Assembly (NCBI GenBank): GCA_045637145.1
Contig: JAZTYV010000027.1
Location: 13,586-77,585 of the forward strand
Source: Clostridia bacterium
GTDB lineage: Bacteria; Bacillota; Clostridia; UMGS1810
Direction of reading: 5' to 3'
Length of the DNA stretch: 64,000 bases
Made by a program: the position numbers and the translations under genes. Shown here one piece after another: positions 19,731 to 28,684 of this stretch (positions are counted from its first letter, which is position 1; each line of letters begins with the position of its first letter). Under the pieces are notes generated by a model. That model ran no database searches and was not told where the DNA came from. It worked only from the letters and a program-made list of their open reading frames with translations.

Positions 19731-21056
19731 ATGAAAAAACCCACCTTTGCCATAGTAGGCAGACCCAATGTGGGAAAATCTACACTTTTTAATAAACTGA
19801 TAGGAGAGAGAATATCCATAGTAGAAGACACACCGGGAGTAACCCGCGACAGAATATATGCTGAGGGCGAATGGGTTGGCAAAAAGTTCATACTCATAGA
19901 CACCGGAGGCATAGAATTAAAGACAAATGACATCATTCCGGAACAGATGAGACTTCAGGCAGAAATGGCAATAGAAATGTCCGATGTAATCATATTTATG
20001 GTAGATATAAAGACAGGTCTTACATCTGCGGACAAGGATGTTGCCGCAATGCTTCAAAAGAGCGGAAAGCCCATAGTTTTGGTATGCAACAAGGCAGATA
20101 ATGTAGGCGATTTGCCAATGGAATACTATGAGTTCTACAACCTTGGTCTTGATGACCCGATAGCAATATCTTCAATTCACGGCCTGGGAACGGGCGACCT
20201 TCTGGATAAGCTCTACAGTTATGTGGATTTTGACGAAGAAGCAGAAGATGACGAAGATGCCATTAAGGTTGCAGTAATCGGCAAGCCAAATGTGGGCAAG
20301 TCTTCGCTTATAAACAAAATTCTGGGAGAAAACAGAGTTATCGTAAGCGATATTGCAGGAACCACGCGCGATGCTATAGACAGTCCCTTTGAGCATGAAG
20401 GTCAAAAGTATGTTTTTATAGATACTGCCGGTATGCGCAAAAAGGGCAAAATAGACGAAAATGTAGAAAGATACAGCGTAATCCGTTCGCTTGCGGCGGT
20501 CGACCGAAGCGATGTGGTGCTCATTTTAATAGATGCCACCGAGGGAGTAACGGAGCAGGACACAAAAATTGCAGGTTATGCGCATGAAAAGGGAAAAGCC
20601 AGCATAATATGTGTAAATAAGTGGGATTTAATAGAAAAATCCACCAAAACAATGGAGCTGTACCGAAATGATGTGCATAGGGACCTTGCATATATGACTT
20701 ATGCACCTGTGGCGTTTTTCTCTGCCAAGACAGGCTCTCGTTTAAACAAGATATTCGACCTCATAAAATATGTAAGCAATCAGCACGCAATGCGTATTTC
20801 CACAGGTGTGCTAAACGATGTGTTAAACGAAGCAATCACCAAGGTTCAGCCACCCTCGGACAAGGGCAAACGCCTCAAAATATATTACATTACTCAGGCA
20901 ACCACAAGACCTCCCACATTTATACTTTTTGTAAATGACAGAGAGCTTGCTCACTTCTCTTATATAAGGTATCTGGAAAATCAGATACGCACTGCCTTTG
21001 GACTGGAGGGAACTCCTCTAAGGTTTATCATAAGAGAAAAGGGAAAGGAAGACTGA
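19731..21056 (+). CDS. der: Ribosome-associated GTPase Der (EngA)
   Basis: It has two tandem GTPase domains (IVGRPNVGKST...DTGG...NKAD and VIGKPNVGKSS...DTAG...NKWD) plus a KH-like C-terminus. The ATG at 19731 is better spaced from AAAGGA than the ORF-track ATG at 19722. Confidence 0.95.
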   Translation: MKKPTFAIVGRPNVGKSTLFNKLIGERISIVEDTPGVTRDRIYAEGEWVGKKFILIDTGGIELKTNDIIPEQMRLQAEMAIEMSDVIIFMVDIKTGLTSADKDVAAMLQKSGKPIVLVCNKADNVGDLPMEYYEFYNLGLDDPIAISSIHGLGTGDLLDKLYSYVDFDEEAEDDEDAIKVAVIGKPNVGKSSLINKILGENRVIVSDIAGTTRDAIDSPFEHEGQKYVFIDTAGMRKKGKIDENVERYSVIRSLAAVDRSDVVLILIDATEGVTEQDTKIAGYAHEKGKASIICVNKWDLIEKSTKTMELYRNDVHRDLAYMTYAPVAFFSAKTGSRLNKIFDLIKYVSNQHAMRISTGVLNDVLNEAITKVQPPSDKGKRLKIYYITQATTRPPTFILFVNDRELAHFSYIRYLENQIRTAFGLEGTPLRFIIREKGKED

Positions 21057-21057
21057 T

Positions 21058-21672
21058 ATGAAGTATTTTGTTATTGCTTTGTGTGCAATTGTTGCATATT
21101 TTTTGGGAAGTATAAATACTGCAATAATACTTTCATCATGTAAGGGAAAAGATATTAGAAAAGAAGGCAGCGGAAATGCAGGTGCAACCAATACCTTAAG
21201 AGTAATGGGCAAAAAGGCAGCTGCTTTGGTAGCACTTTTTGACGGTTTAAAAGGCGTAGTTGCAATCCTTGCGGCAAAACTCATATACCATGTCTTTGCA
21301 ATTGACACTGCAGACCAAAACACCGCAATCTACCTTGCTTCGCTTTTTGTAATGCTCGGTCACATATACCCCGTATATTTCGGTTTCAGGGGAGGCAAGG
21401 GTGTTATGACAACTATTGCAGTCATATTTATGCTGGACTGGCATATAGGTCTCATACTTTTTGCTTCATGCATAGCTGTAATGCTTTTAACCGGCTATGT
21501 ATCTTTAGGTTCCTGCATAGGTGCTGCGGCATTTCCCATACTTGTTGCAGTGTTACATACAGAAGATACATTGTTCATAGTAATTTCAGCGGCAATAGGT
21601 GTTCTTGCAATCTTTAAACATCGTTCAAATATTATAAGACTAATAAAAGGAACCGAGTCAAAACTCCGATAA
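21058..21672 (+). CDS. plsY: Glycerol-3-phosphate acyltransferase PlsY
   Basis: This is a 204-aa polytopic membrane protein with GSGNAGATN, GLKG and FRGGKGV motifs. Confidence 0.9.
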   Translation: MKYFVIALCAIVAYFLGSINTAIILSSCKGKDIRKEGSGNAGATNTLRVMGKKAAALVALFDGLKGVVAILAAKLIYHVFAIDTADQNTAIYLASLFVMLGHIYPVYFGFRGGKGVMTTIAVIFMLDWHIGLILFASCIAVMLLTGYVSLGSCIGAAAFPILVAVLHTEDTLFIVISAAIGVLAIFKHRSNIIRLIKGTESKLR

Positions 21673-21718
21673 AAATTTGTGTAGTGTAAAATTATAGCTT
21701 TTAATTGGGAGGAATAAC

Positions 21719-23050
21719 ATGATTACATTTGATTATTCAAAGGCTTCAAAGTTCATATCTACAGAAGAAATAGAAAATATGAGGTTTGATGTGGAAAATG
21801 CAGTCAAGACTCTCACAGAAGGAACGGGAGCAGGAAGTGACTTTTTGGGCTGGCTTCATCTTCCAAAAACCTACGACAGAGAAGAATTCGAAAGAATTAA
21901 AAGGTGCGCAGGAAAAATCCAATCGGATTCCGATGTTCTTGTAGTAGTGGGCATAGGGGGTTCGTATCTTGGTGCCAGAGCAGCTATAGAAATGCTTACC
22001 GATTCGTTTTACAATTTAAAATCAGACAAAAACACACCGCAGATAATCTATGCAGGCAATTCCATAAGCTCCGGATATCTTTCCGACCTTATGAATTATC
22101 TCAAAGACAAAGACTTTTCCGTAAACATAATTTCCAAATCGGGAACTACCACAGAACCCGCTATTGCATTTAGAATGCTTCGCTCACTTCTTGTAGATAG
22201 ATACGGTGAAGACAAAGCAAAGTCAAGAATATATGCTACCACAGACAAACAAAGAGGTGCTCTTAAAGAGTTCGCCGACAAGGAAGGCTACGAAACCTTT
22301 GTAATTCCCGATGACATAGGCGGCAGATTTTCTGTGCTTACGGCAGTGGGTTTGCTTCCGATTGCAACAGCCGGTATAGATATAGATGCTGTAATGCAGG
22401 GAGCATATGATGCCATGATTGAGTTTTCCAAACCTTACGAACAAAATGATTGCTTTAAGTATGCAGCAGCAAGAAACATTTTGTACCGCAAGGGCAAGAG
22501 TGTTGAAATAATGGTCAACTACGAGCCTTCACTTGTATACTTTTCTGAATGGTGGAAACAGCTTTTCGGCGAAAGCGAGGGTAAGGAACAAAAGGGTGTT
22601 TTCCCTGCGTCATGCAGTTTTTCTACAGACCTTCACTCCATGGGGCAGTACATTCAGGACGGCGCAAGACTTATGTTCGAAACCGTGCTTAAGGTAGACA
22701 CACCCGTATCCGATGCCAAAATACCCTATGATGAATCCAATGTAGATAAGCTCAATTTCCTTGCGGGCAAGAGTGTGGGTTTTGTTAACACCAAGGCTTA
22801 TCAGGGTACACTTTTGGCACACACCGATGGCGGTGTCCCAAACCTTGTTGTAAACATTCCAAGGCTCGATGCCTATAATTTCGGTTCACTCGTATACTTC
22901 TTCGAAAAGGCTTGCGGTGTAAGCGGTTATATTCTTGGAGTAAATCCCTTCAACCAACCGGGTGTCGAGGCATACAAGACAAATATGTTCGCACTTCTTG
23001 GAAAACCCGGATTTGAGACTCAAAAAGAAGAATTGGAAAAAAGATTATAG
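21719..23050 (+). CDS. pgi: Glucose-6-phosphate isomerase
   Basis: This is a 443-aa Firmicute-type PGI: [40 protein letters not shown] and GESEGK. Confidence 0.95.
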   Translation: MITFDYSKASKFISTEEIENMRFDVENAVKTLTEGTGAGSDFLGWLHLPKTYDREEFERIKRCAGKIQSDSDVLVVVGIGGSYLGARAAIEMLTDSFYNLKSDKNTPQIIYAGNSISSGYLSDLMNYLKDKDFSVNIISKSGTTTEPAIAFRMLRSLLVDRYGEDKAKSRIYATTDKQRGALKEFADKEGYETFVIPDDIGGRFSVLTAVGLLPIATAGIDIDAVMQGAYDAMIEFSKPYEQNDCFKYAAARNILYRKGKSVEIMVNYEPSLVYFSEWWKQLFGESEGKEQKGVFPASCSFSTDLHSMGQYIQDGARLMFETVLKVDTPVSDAKIPYDESNVDKLNFLAGKSVGFVNTKAYQGTLLAHTDGGVPNLVVNIPRLDAYNFGSLVYFFEKACGVSGYILGVNPFNQPGVEAYKTNMFALLGKPGFETQKEELEKRL

Positions 23051-23060
23051 TTTTTAAATT

Positions 23061-23098
23061 GGCTGTAAAAAACTTGTTTTTACAGCCAAATTTTTATT
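23061..23098 (+). terminator. Rho-independent terminator after pgi
   Basis: GGCTGTAAAAA (23061-23071) pairs with TTTTTACAGCC (23077-23087). A T-rich tail follows. Confidence 0.7.
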
Positions 23099-23102
23099 AT
23101 TC

Positions 23103-23131
23103 TTGACTTTGTATTTATTATTGTTTAAAAT
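23103..23131 (+). promoter_or_regulatory. Candidate sigma-A promoter for the AraC-family gene
   Basis: TTGACT (23103-23108), a 17-nt spacer, then TAAAAT (23126-23131). Confidence 0.4.
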
Positions 23132-23172
23132 AATAATGATGTATAATTCTATTGTGAAACGGAAATACAATT

Positions 23173-23895
23173 ATGAATAATGAATTTAACATAATAACTC
23201 CAAAAGGAAATATACCTGTATATACCAGAGACGGCTTTTACAATAATTCCTGTATGCCTTCAAGCATACACAAGCACAGTAAGGCAGAGTTTCATGTTGT
23301 TTTGGGACATTCTGTAAGCTATACAATAGACAACACAAACCTTGAGTTGCCTTATGCATGTGTTTTGTATATTCCTGCAGGGACCATGCATTGTTGCAGC
23401 AAGACTTCCGAAGATGTTCAATGCTGTGCTTTTGAAACGGATTATAAGCTTGGCGATTTTCAGATTTTCAACATAGACCCCGACATTTTGTCGTCTTTTT
23501 TTAAAGAGATAAAAAAGCTAAGTCAATCCAATGACCATAGTGTTGTTGCATCATATATTTCATTGATATTTTCCATTATCGACAACAATGCTCTTACCCC
23601 AAAATTTATAGATGATTACTCATTTCTTATTGATGATTTTTTTGAAACAAAATACTCCCATGATGTTTCTCTTTCAGACCTTGCAAAGATTTTGCATCTG
23701 TCAGAAAGGCAAACACAGAGGGTGGTTGTTTCGCACACAGGAAGCACCTTCAGTCAACAGCTTACAAATAAAAGACTGGAAATCGCAAATATGCTTATGA
23801 AAAATACCAATATGACACTTACGGAAATAGCATTAAAGGTAGGCTATAAATCATATGTGGGGTTTTGGAAGGCATTAAATAAGGAGAACAAATAA
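23173..23895 (+). CDS. AraC-family transcriptional regulator (cupin-like sensor + HTH)
   Basis: The N-terminal part is cupin-like (HKHSKAEFHVVLGH, YIPAGTMHC). The C-terminal part is an AraC HTH pair (LSDLAKILHLSERQTQRVV, LTEIALKVGYKSYVGFWKALNK). Confidence 0.8.
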   Translation: MNNEFNIITPKGNIPVYTRDGFYNNSCMPSSIHKHSKAEFHVVLGHSVSYTIDNTNLELPYACVLYIPAGTMHCCSKTSEDVQCCAFETDYKLGDFQIFNIDPDILSSFFKEIKKLSQSNDHSVVASYISLIFSIIDNNALTPKFIDDYSFLIDDFFETKYSHDVSLSDLAKILHLSERQTQRVVVSHTGSTFSQQLTNKRLEIANMLMKNTNMTLTEIALKVGYKSYVGFWKALNKENK

Positions 23896-23938
23896 AAAAA
23901 ACCGATGTAAAAATTCTTTTTACATCGGTTTTGGTTTT
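23893..23938. terminator. Bidirectional terminator between convergent genes
   Basis: AACCGATGTAAAAA (23900-23913) pairs with TTTTTACATCGGTT (23917-23930). It is flanked by an A-run upstream and a T-rich run downstream. Confidence 0.7.
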
Positions 23939-23945
23939 AGGTGTT

Positions 23946-25109
23946 TTATTTTTCAAAGCTCCATTTTTGTTGCATTATTATAGCAGGGTTTAAACCTTTC
24001 ATCACAATGTTTACATCATTACTTTCAAACGCCTCATCCTCAAGATGTGTGTAGAAAATGGTGGCAAGCGAGCCGTCCTTAAGCTCAACGGTAGAGGGAT
24101 ATCCCATATCATAGCTTGCATTTGTTTCATAAAGGTGATGATTTTTATCCCATGTTTTGCCGTTGTCAAAGCTTATCATAGCTCTTATGGAAAATGGTGT
24201 TTGTTTTCTTAAGCAATATGTACATATAAGCGCACCCGAAGAGTGTTTAAAAATATAGGGTGGAGCACCGTCTGCATCTCCTATAATCTGCTCAGGCTTG
24301 CTCCATGTCTTACCCTTGTCCTTGGACACACTCTGGAATATTGTAAGCTTTTTGGGTGCCTCGGGCGGGATAACTATATCTTGAACTCTTATATGCACAA
24401 TTATTGTTCCGTCATCAAGCTCAATGGCATGAGGTTCACAGGCAAGATGCTTCTTACCGTCTACATATATGTCGTCAATACTGCTGAGATATGCCATTTC
24501 ACCGGTTTCAGTATTAACCGAGTAAACCTGAATGTCATTGTCGCTGTGCTTTTCTGCAGGAGGATATTGTGCCTTGGTACAACCAACCCAAATCACACTT
24601 CCGTCCTTTAAAGCACAAGGTCCGTGCGGAGAAAAAACGGGACTCTTCATTATTTTGCTAAAGGTTACACCGCAGTCATTGCTTATGCGGAATATCGAGC
24701 CTGTATCCTCGTTGTCCTTTTCTTCTGTAACAAAGTCTATATAAGCGGAATCCAAATCATCATAGCTAAAGAATTTAACATCGTCTCTTTCTGCTCTTTG
24801 AGCCTTCATATTGGCATCGTAAGAGGTTACAATAACACCTGTTTCGCCAAATGTAGCAATTCCTCCGTCACGGTTGTCTACAAAAGTGTCAAATAATACT
24901 GCGGGAAGTGTATATGTTTCACCGTCATTTTCGCTGTATGAAATTACGGTTTTACCAAAAGGACATACATGTCTTCTGCGCAATCCCGATGTTACCACTG
25001 CAATTTTGCCGTTTTGGAGTCTTGCGGCAGTAGGCCATGCAAAATAATTAAACGGACTGTCGTCATTGGACATGATAATTTGGGGTTTTCCAATAAGATT
25101 AACTTTCAT
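23946..25109 (-). CDS. BNR-repeat (sialidase/neuraminidase-fold) beta-propeller protein, no signal peptide
   Basis: Asp-boxes are SNDCGVTF, SKDKGKTW and SFDNGKTW, plus the variant SENDGETY. The N-terminus MKVNLIGKPQIIMSNDD has no hydrophobic leader. Confidence 0.75.
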   Translation of the reverse strand: MKVNLIGKPQIIMSNDDSPFNYFAWPTAARLQNGKIAVVTSGLRRRHVCPFGKTVISYSENDGETYTLPAVLFDTFVDNRDGGIATFGETGVIVTSYDANMKAQRAERDDVKFFSYDDLDSAYIDFVTEEKDNEDTGSIFRISNDCGVTFSKIMKSPVFSPHGPCALKDGSVIWVGCTKAQYPPAEKHSDNDIQVYSVNTETGEMAYLSSIDDIYVDGKKHLACEPHAIELDDGTIIVHIRVQDIVIPPEAPKKLTIFQSVSKDKGKTWSKPEQIIGDADGAPPYIFKHSSGALICTYCLRKQTPFSIRAMISFDNGKTWDKNHHLYETNASYDMGYPSTVELKDGSLATIFYTHLEDEAFESNDVNIVMKGLNPAIIMQQKWSFEK

Positions 25110-25273
25110 AAATTTCCTCCCGACAACATATGTTGCCTTAGATTGTAACTTGTTTTTAGTTAATTAGATGATAAATATAATGGTGTACAATTGCAATAAA
25201 CACATATGACATTTTCTAAATACGATGTCGTATTTGGAAATATAATGTGTAATTGGCATAAGTAAAATCATTT

Positions 25274-25328
25274 TTGTTACAATAACATATAACAAAATTG
25301 TCAACAAAACATAAAAATTGTTGACAAT
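25274..25328. promoter_or_regulatory. Three GntR-type operator-like boxes (TTGT-N1-2-ACAA)
   Basis: The boxes are TTGTTACAA (25274-25282), TTGTCAACAA (25298-25307) and TTGTTGACAA (25318-25327). The last two are exact reverse complements. The pattern matches the generic GntR/FadR-subfamily half-site pattern (GT-N-AC). Confidence 0.45.
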
Positions 25329-25349
25329 CTTTATATCTTGATATATACT
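25321..25349 (+). promoter_or_regulatory. Candidate sigma-A promoter of the GntR-led operon (overlaps the third box)
   Basis: TTGACA (25321-25326), a 17-nt spacer, then TATACT (25344-25349). Confidence 0.5.
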
Positions 25350-25371
25350 AAGCGTAAAGGGGGGATAGACT

Positions 25372-25992
25372 GTGCAAAGTACTATGAACAGAAGCAGTAC
25401 GGTCCTTGCTGTTTTAAACCGGTTAAGACGCGATATTATTCTTAAAAAGTTAAAAAATGATACCCCTGTTACAGAACTTCAGTTAGCCAGAGCCTACTCC
25501 TGCAGCCGTGCTGCCTTAAGAGGAGCCATCACAGTTTTGGAGCAGGAGGGGCTTATAAGCATAATGCCCAATGGCACCAAGAGAATACGGAGTTTAAGCT
25601 TGGAAGATATAAATAATCTGTATGAACTTCGTACATATGTTGAATGCAGTGCAGCAAAGCAAATACTGGAAAAAGATATTATGGATATATCAAAGCTCAT
25701 ACGGGTTCTTGAAAAAGCAGATGATACGGATTTTCTAAATTGCGATGCTTTGTTTCACGAAACCCTCGTTGCATTAAGCGGAAACAAAGCTTTAATGCAA
25801 GCGTGGAAGACCTTTGTTCCTGTAACCCGAGAGTTGTTTGTGTTGAATTTCAGTCATTCAAAAGATATCAAGAACACACTTCGGGACAGACATTTGCTCA
25901 TCGCAAAATTACTTTTTGAAAAGGATGAAAAAGTAATAGATGTATTAAAAAGTCATATTGAGGAAGCTAAAATGCTTTCTGTTAAAGAATAA
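25372..25992 (+). CDS. GntR-family transcriptional regulator (FadR/FCD-type C-terminal domain)
   Basis: It has an N-terminal winged HTH (VTELQLARAYSCSRAALRGAITVLEQEGLI) and a helical FCD-like C-terminus (FHETLVALSGNKALMQAW). The GTG start lies 7 nt after a G-rich SD. Confidence 0.85.
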   Translation: MQSTMNRSSTVLAVLNRLRRDIILKKLKNDTPVTELQLARAYSCSRAALRGAITVLEQEGLISIMPNGTKRIRSLSLEDINNLYELRTYVECSAAKQILEKDIMDISKLIRVLEKADDTDFLNCDALFHETLVALSGNKALMQAWKTFVPVTRELFVLNFSHSKDIKNTLRDRHLLIAKLLFEKDEKVIDVLKSHIEEAKMLSVKE

Positions 25993-26010
25993 TGAAAGGT
26001 GGAATTTCAA

Positions 26011-27132
26011 ATGAAAATTACAGATGTACAGGCAATAATCGTTAAACAGCCCGAAATCAGCATAATCGGAGACGGCAGTCAGGATACTGTTGTTATCAAG
26101 GTTATGACAGATGAAGGCATTACAGGCATAGGCGAAGTAGACTCCTCTCCCTATGTTGTAAAGGCAATTGTCGAAGCAGGCACATCTCACATGGTATGTA
26201 TGGGACTTCGCGATGTTGTAGTAGGCGAGGACCCCTTTGATGTAGAAAAAATATGGTACAAGATGTATGAACTCTGCTATTACTACGGCAGAAGAAGTGT
26301 TGCCATCCACGCAATGAGCGGTATTGATATGGCAATATGGGATATTTTGGGCAAGAAGATGGGCGTTCCCGTTCACAAGCTTTTGGGCGGTGCTTTCAGA
26401 GACAAAATTCCTGCATACTGCAGCGTATTGATGCCCGACAATGAGGATGAAATCAAGAGAATTGCAGATACATATCTTCCCCAGGGCTACACCGGCATCA
26501 AGTTTGGCTGGGGTGCATTGGGACAGAGCGAAAAGAGAGATTTGGAGCTTGTAAAAATGTGCCGTAAGGCAATGGGCGATGACCCCAAGCTTATGATAGA
26601 TGTAGGCATGGTATGGCGCGATTTAAAGACCGCTGTACGCCTTTGTAACGAATTTGAACAACAGGATGTATTCTGGGTAGAAGAACCCTTTAAGCCCGAT
26701 GACTTAAATGCATACAAGCGTCTTTGCAACTCTGTAAATATGCGCATTTCCGCAGGTGAAGAAGTTGGCACAATGTTCGAATTCAACGAACTCATTGCAG
26801 GCTGCGGCATAGACATCATTCAGCCTGACATCAGCCGTTGCGGCGGTATCACCATTGCCAAAAAGGTCATAGATATGGCATACCTCCACAAGATTCCTGT
26901 AATTCCTCATGCTTTCAAAACAGGCATACTCATGAGTGCTTCCCTGCAGGTTATAGCAGCTACACCCAATGCTTTGTGGCTTGAATACTGCTGTCAGGAA
27001 ACTGTACTTTCAAAGAATCTTGTTAAAAAGCACTTCTCCATAGATGATGAAGGTTTTGTAAACATTCCTCAAAAACCCGGTCTCGGTGTTGAAATCGATG
27101 AGGAAGTTTTAAAACGCTACGAGGTGAAATAA
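26011..27132 (+). CDS. Enolase-superfamily (mandelate racemase/muconate lactonizing enzyme family) acid-sugar dehydratase-like protein
   Basis: Family strings are present: MKITDVQAIIV, GITGIGEV, AMSGIDMAIWDILGK, LMIDVGMVW, FWVEEPF, ISAGEE and DIIQPDISRCGGIT. The ATG at 26011 lies 8 nt after GAAAGGTGG. The ORF-track GTG at 25999 sits inside that SD. Confidence 0.8.
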   Translation: MKITDVQAIIVKQPEISIIGDGSQDTVVIKVMTDEGITGIGEVDSSPYVVKAIVEAGTSHMVCMGLRDVVVGEDPFDVEKIWYKMYELCYYYGRRSVAIHAMSGIDMAIWDILGKKMGVPVHKLLGGAFRDKIPAYCSVLMPDNEDEIKRIADTYLPQGYTGIKFGWGALGQSEKRDLELVKMCRKAMGDDPKLMIDVGMVWRDLKTAVRLCNEFEQQDVFWVEEPFKPDDLNAYKRLCNSVNMRISAGEEVGTMFEFNELIAGCGIDIIQPDISRCGGITIAKKVIDMAYLHKIPVIPHAFKTGILMSASLQVIAATPNALWLEYCCQETVLSKNLVKKHFSIDDEGFVNIPQKPGLGVEIDEEVLKRYEVK

Positions 27133-27770
27133 TGACTTCATGGGAGCTTCAAAACCAAATACACAATGCTGTAAAGGAACACCTTACCGCCAAAATGACC
27201 GAAAATGAACTTGCAGATGTCATTTCCTCTGTATGCCCCGATTGGCAGGGCGACCTCATTTCAGGCAAAAGAACTGCAGACATTGAGGGAGCACCTACCG
27301 ACAAGGTAATAGAGCACGGTGATGTTGTGCTTTTGGATTTGCAGGTGTTTTCAGACGGAGCATGGTCGGACCTTACACGAGTGTATTTTGTGGGTGATGC
27401 CACAGACAAACAGAAGTCGGCATATAACATGGTGTTGGATGCCATAAAAGCGGGTGAGGCACTCCTTGCCCCCGGCACAAAAGCCAAGGATATATGGCAT
27501 ACTATGCGCAGTGCAATAGGCACCGAGTTTGCTTTCACGCATCACGGCGGACATAGAATAGGCGAGGACGACATCGTCACAGAACCAAGGTTTGTTCCTG
27601 AAAGCGAAGAGGTTCTGAGCGAAGGTATGATTGTAACTTTAGAGCCGGCTGTGTATTATCCCGATGAATTTGGCATCAGGCTCGAAAACAACTACCTCAT
27701 TACCAAAGACGGTTTCAAAAGACTTTGCTCTCTTTCAATGCAAATGTCAGACTATATATTGAAAGGATAA
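27132..27770 (+). CDS. Stand-alone M24 (pita-bread fold) metallopeptidase-like catalytic domain
   Basis: This is a 212-aa protein. Metal-ligand positions appear intact: LLDLQVFSDGAWSDLTRV (D, D), HHGGHRIG (H), VTLEPAVY (E), IRLENNY (E). It lacks the usual N-terminal creatinase/prolidase domain. Its start overlaps the upstream stop (TAATG). Confidence 0.65.
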   Translation: MTSWELQNQIHNAVKEHLTAKMTENELADVISSVCPDWQGDLISGKRTADIEGAPTDKVIEHGDVVLLDLQVFSDGAWSDLTRVYFVGDATDKQKSAYNMVLDAIKAGEALLAPGTKAKDIWHTMRSAIGTEFAFTHHGGHRIGEDDIVTEPRFVPESEEVLSEGMIVTLEPAVYYPDEFGIRLENNYLITKDGFKRLCSLSMQMSDYILKG

Positions 27771-27775
27771 TTGTT

Positions 27776-28672
27776 ATGTTAAAAGGTGCATACGGCGTTT
27801 TGCTCACTCCCTTTACCTTAGATGGCAAGGTTGACTACAACGCCTTTGAAAAGGAATTAGAATTTGTTGCAAAATCCGACATCAATGGTTTTTTTGTATG
27901 CGGCACCACGGGCGAATTTATAAGCCTTTCCCCCGAACAGAATATGGAAATGCTCGGATTTGCCGCAAGATACCTAAAAGGCAAAAAGCAGCTCCTTGCA
28001 GGTGCTTCGGACCCCAATCCATCCACAACACTTATGTATATGAAGTATGCGGCAGAACTCGGCTATGATGCTGCAATGATTTGCCCGCCATACTATTTCA
28101 CAATGACTCAAAATGATGTTGTAAGATACTATAAGTACCTTGCAAAGCAGAACATTTGCGACATTATACTCTACAAGATTCCCATGTTTACAACAGCAAT
28201 CGAAATGTCATCATTTGAACAGCTTGTCAATGAAAGACGCATCATAGCTATGAAGGACTCCTCTGCCAATATTAAGCAGATTGCACACGAGGCAGACATT
28301 GCCCGCAGAAACCGTCCCGAATTTGCTTTGCTCGGCGGCACGGACGATAGTCTTGTGCCAAGCCTTCTTGCAGGTTGTGTAGGTTCAGTTACAGCGTTCT
28401 CTGTTATTGTCCCCGAAGTAAATGCAAAGATATATGAACTCTTTAACGCAGGCAAAATCACAGAAGCAGTAGCTCTTAACCAAAAGGCGCTTAAACTTTT
28501 AAGATATGCAGACTCCACTATGTTCCCCAGCGGATACAAGCTTGTATACGAACAAAGAGGACTTCCGATGGGACATTGTCAGGTTGTGGACGAGACAGCA
28601 ATACGCTCTCTCCGTCTTGCAATAAGCGCAGAGCTGGACAACCTTTTGTCAAATTTACCAAGAATACAATAA
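27776..28672 (+). CDS. DapA/N-acetylneuraminate-lyase-family class I (Schiff-base) aldolase
   Basis: Family strings are present: GVLLTPF, FVCGTTGEFISLS, PPYYF and IIAMKDSS (Schiff-base Lys position). The ATG at 27776 follows GAAAGGA. The ORF-track ATG at 27725 would overlap the M24 gene by 46 nt. Confidence 0.8.
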   Translation: MLKGAYGVLLTPFTLDGKVDYNAFEKELEFVAKSDINGFFVCGTTGEFISLSPEQNMEMLGFAARYLKGKKQLLAGASDPNPSTTLMYMKYAAELGYDAAMICPPYYFTMTQNDVVRYYKYLAKQNICDIILYKIPMFTTAIEMSSFEQLVNERRIIAMKDSSANIKQIAHEADIARRNRPEFALLGGTDDSLVPSLLAGCVGSVTAFSVIVPEVNAKIYELFNAGKITEAVALNQKALKLLRYADSTMFPSGYKLVYEQRGLPMGHCQVVDETAIRSLRLAISAELDNLLSNLPRIQ

Positions 28673-28684
28673 GGGGTTATAAAT

